A stretch of DNA of 64,000 nucleotides. Source: Macrostomum lignano. Its lineage: Eukaryota. Of the stretch, positions 60,048 through 64,000 are shown one piece after another. Within the stretch, counting starts at the first letter, position 1, and every line of letters begins with the position of its first letter. The position numbers and the translations under genes were made by a program. The stretch is taken from positions 1 through 64,000 of the forward strand of contig NIVC01003350.1 of assembly GCA_002269645.1 (NCBI GenBank), in the 5' to 3' direction. The notes under the pieces were generated by a model. That model did not search any database and had not been told where the DNA came from. It saw only the letters and a list, made by a program, of their open reading frames with translations.

Positions 60048-62118
60048 TTAATACAATGTTTAATGTGAATTAATTAAAAAAGCCATCAATATATTGGCAA
60101 ACAAAAAGTGCTAATAAAAAATTATATGCTAATTTTCTGTTAAGAAATATGTTGTCTCATTGAAAATTTTGGTTTTGCATTAAATTCAAATTGTGCCTAT
60201 ATCTTGCACTATTGTAATGTATCTTTATATCTGTTTTAAAAGTAATCATATTTTGTTTTTTTGTATTTATTTCACATTGTGCATTATTTGTATTTGTATT
60301 CTATTTATATTTCATTATACTTTTTATTGTATATATTTATGTTTATTTTGCTGGACAGTTTAAAATGAAGCCTGTTTTATTGACTAATAATTACCTAATA
60401 TTAATATGAATCATCAATTTTTTGTAAGAGTTTGCCGCTCCGATTTGGCACTTTTGACTAAGAATTTAAAACAGGCTCCTTGGTATTCATTTCATTACAC
60501 TATATCCATACTATGCTAGATTTAATTTTCTCCCTTGCCAACTTGTAGCAAAATGCACTAGTGCCAATGTGGCGCATGTCTAACCTCCTTTTGTGCCAGA
60601 ATTTTCTGTGAAAAATGCTATCTTCCTGACTATGTCTATGGTATGGGTAACACTATAGCCACTAGGCTATTCTATAAAACAGCCAATGCTAGCAGGGCCA
60701 TACTATAGGGCATAGGCCTATTTTGTATTTTATAATAAAGAAAAGTAGCTATGACATTATAATCATTCATATGCAAATATCATATAACTGACTGAAGTCC
60801 TGCATGCAATTTTTCAGCACTAGATTATATTATATAGTAGAAGCAAGCGAAAGTACTTGAACTCGAATATCATTATATCAATTCAATATATTGTGAAAAT
60901 AAGGGAAACATTGGTTTTTTTGCAAATTATAAAAACTTTTTAATTACCTGCAAACACAAATTTTTAAAGCTATTTATGATTAATCACGCGCGTGATTTCC
61001 TTCTGTAGACTGTAGCCTAGGCCTAGGCGCTAGAATATTTCGGCTTTAAATAGTAAACTAAGCGTTTAGAGCTATGAAAGCAGGATTTTTGTTATTTCTA
61101 AACATCTTATCTATATCATCTATGAATATGATTACAGAATATTTGAATGTCCTAAGTATTGAAAAATCAGTTGCCTCAATCTCACAAAATTACTTACTCT
61201 TAAAAACACCGCGTCATAATAAAAACCTTCGAAATTAAAATTTTGAATGTTCTATGAAAACAATCAGCTGTTATAACAATTTTTAAAACAAGTAAGGTAC
61301 TTTTTTATTAGGTGTAAATTTCGTTATCGTTGTCTAATTCTACTCAAAAACTGTTAAAAAAGCAAATCACTTATAGCTAAAAACATAGCTTGCCAGTACG
61401 TAAATTTTACAATTGCCAAAATAACTCCTTGTTACGTTGGTGTTGGTCTTGACCTGTCTACAGGCCAACAGGCGTTGGACTTGGAGTTGCAGCAATTAGC
61501 AATACAACATATGGCTCTTATGTATTATAGTATTACTAAGCTAACACTCAGGCACCTTTTTATGTTTTTTTTTACTTTAACTAATATGATAAATAAATTA
61601 GATATTAGATAGTAGGCCTAGGCCTTATTCCTAGCCCCTAGCTAAGCTAGACCTATTCCCTGAAATCCGAGAATCCAAGTAAAAATTATAGGCCTACTTC
61701 ATTAATTAATTCCTTAATCTTAAAAAGTTGATTATATTTCATACTAGAAATAATATAGGATTTTAAGATACTAAATAAGCCTATTAGGCTATTAGTAGGC
61801 CTAATATGCCTAGGCCTATGGTTATGTCTAAAATTTCCAGTCTAGCCTAAGCCTAGTAAGATCCTATGGATGGCTATAAGGTTTGGGTTTGCAATGATCA
61901 ATTTCTTTGTATGCCTAGCCTGATATCCCAAGTAGAGAGTCCAGTGAGATTTTAATAACACTTTTAGTGTCATATAAATGCAATTCCATAATGCAATTTT
62001 TGGCAATCTTCTAGTTTTGCACATTTAATTCAAACTGTTTTTAAAACGATAGTTAACGACAGTTTTGTTTTATGTTTTATGCCTCAGACAGCATAATATA
62101 ATAATAATAGTGCGCCAC

Positions 62119-62535
62119 CTAGAAAAGGATGTTCCCAAAAGTGTTGCGCGGATGGCAGCGACACCAGAGAAATTTGTCCAAGTGGGTGTCGAATAGGGCC
62201 TTGGACGTGCCATGCATTGCCCTGAAATGGGCCTTAGCATGGGCCCATGTGCCTTCCACTATGTTTGTGTGGACTTCTGGGTGGTTAGGGTCCACAAAAT
62301 GCAGCCATTGGTTCACTGTCAAATGATTGGGTAGTTGGTTAGGGGGGGGCCTATATGCCTGCCACTGGTCGGTGATAATGCGAGTACCGGGCAGCATATA
62401 CCATTGCACAAGGGGTAGGATGCTAGCAGCGTTGCAATCTGGGATGGCCACAATCATGCAGCGGCAGGTCGTAGGTCTAGGTCCAGAACGATAGTTGTTG
62501 ATGCTGCAGGGTGCCCAGCCATGATTGCTTTGCTG
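62119..62535 (-). mobile_element. Decayed Merlin (ISXO2/IS1016-like DDE) transposase fragment
   Basis: IPDC.AASILPLV..LPGTRIITDQWQAY..HLTVN..HFVDP..VHTNIVEGTW..K..HG..HLDKFLW matches the ISXO2-like motif order. Confidence 0.8.
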
Positions 62536-64000
62536 AAAATAAAAAAAAATACTTTAAAATAATTAAACATGTGAAACTAGAAGATTGCCCAATTTTCCCT
62601 TAAGGCTTTGGGATCATTTTTGATCAAAAGGTTTGATTTTCCAAGTTATAGATAAGAAGATGACATAACTTTTGAACTATTCAATAGATTTTCATTCCTT
62701 ATATGTCATTTTTAAGAATTTTTCTTGTAGATTATTTTGCCTTAGGCCTAGTGCTTTGCAAAATAAAACTAATCTTTTTTATTCACAAAACAATAATATA
62801 CTATATATGGAATTTTAATCCTTATACCATAATTAAGCTACTTTTGTCCTTATATAGATCATCCAAATGTAACACCAAGCTAATCCAGCTGGCTGGCAAG
62901 GGGCCTAGCCAAGGTAAGCTACAAAAATACATATTCAAAACATTTTAAAGTAGTAGGCCTAGGCCTAATTAGCTGACAAGGCATTTAGCCCTTATAATAC
63001 AGTTAAGTTATTCCTGTCATTTACCTAAACATTATATTAACTTTGCATATGCTTCTTTCAATTTCATAGTTAAGTTGCTTTTTCAATAAAAAAGTTGTAT
63101 CATATTGCCAGTGTATTTATGTATATACATGCTTATATGCACATATAATATCCAATGCAATGAAACTTGATAGTAAAATCAAAATCAATTTGACTAATAA
63201 GATGACAAGTCACTTTCCTATAAAAACAGTAGTAATAGTTACTCCTGCTGTTTACCCAAAACATTGGTGCCATTCTGGAGTTGCCGGAAAAGCTGGCAAT
63301 GAGATCATTGTTTTGTCTTGTTTGTTTGCCAGTTTAGATAATAAAGCAGAAGAAAAAACACTATCAATGCATATTTGTAAAAATTGCACAACATTTTTTA
63401 TTTTAAATAGAAATTTATATCTACTTTTGGCTCCAACTTTGAATTGCTATTGTGTAAATGCAGGAATACATATAAACAAGCAGTTTTCTACATTGGAAAC
63501 TATGTGGCTAATATAATAGAAAACATTATTCAAAAGTTCCATTGATAGTTTTTTTAGGACAAAAACTCAAAAACAAAATTTTGCTAGCCTTTTAAAGGGG
63601 TATATGGGGTATTGTGTTATATTCCTTTAATTTTGCAATGATTTTCAATTTTCTAGAAGCATATGTTTTCCCTTTTTTCAGCTTCATTTTATAAATTAAA
63701 TACAAAATGTATTAAGTTTGACCAAGTGTAACTTTTTTCATATTTGCACAATTCAATCAGTTAGTTGTTTTTTTTCCATTTTTCCTACCTTGTATATAGC
63801 TCACAGGACTTGCTACCGAATGTATCACTTTTTGTTTTTTATCTAAGATTAAGAAAGCCTAAAAAGTTGTTTTTTTCTAGGGTCTAGAGACAATAAAAGT
63901 AGACCCTAATCCTTTATATTAGAAAAAGAGCACTTGTTATTTAAGTTGTTATTTATACAATAACTAAAATAAAACAAATACTAGGCCTATTTTTATATAC

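Overview
Eukaryotic (invertebrate) genomic DNA with spliceosomal GT-AG introns. The compact GC-rich exons and minisatellite-packed introns resemble a free-living flatworm such as Macrostomum (inference, not shown). Genes reconstructed by hand: the 3' part of a DEG/ENaC channel (+, 1-1683) plus an orphan DEG/ENaC 5' exon (6111); a complete 5-exon LARGE xylosyl/glucuronyltransferase (+, 17127-21655); a single-exon prepro-peptide with an acidic pro-region and an Arg/Trp/Phe-rich, probably amidated C-terminal peptide (+, 26653-26889; strong antimicrobial-peptide candidate); three tandem F-type lectin (fucolectin) genes (-, 29.0-40.8 kb); RXR (-, 41731-43519); and a 9-exon PPM1H-like phosphatase (-, 44808-55955). 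Mobile DNA includes a deleted Gypsy element, a long-TIR Tc1/IS630-like relic, a near-intact DD34D mariner, a tRNA-derived SINE family (3 copies), a CORE-SINE, a TTA-flanked MITE and a decayed Merlin transposase. About 20 distinct minisatellites are present, mostly one family per intron. Two AT-rich domains (about 15.5-17.0 kb and 56.5-64 kb) are almost stripped of CpG and enriched in TAGGCCTA; comparing SINE copies shows directional C>T/G>A erosion restricted to such a domain. All exon models are manual and lack transcript support.
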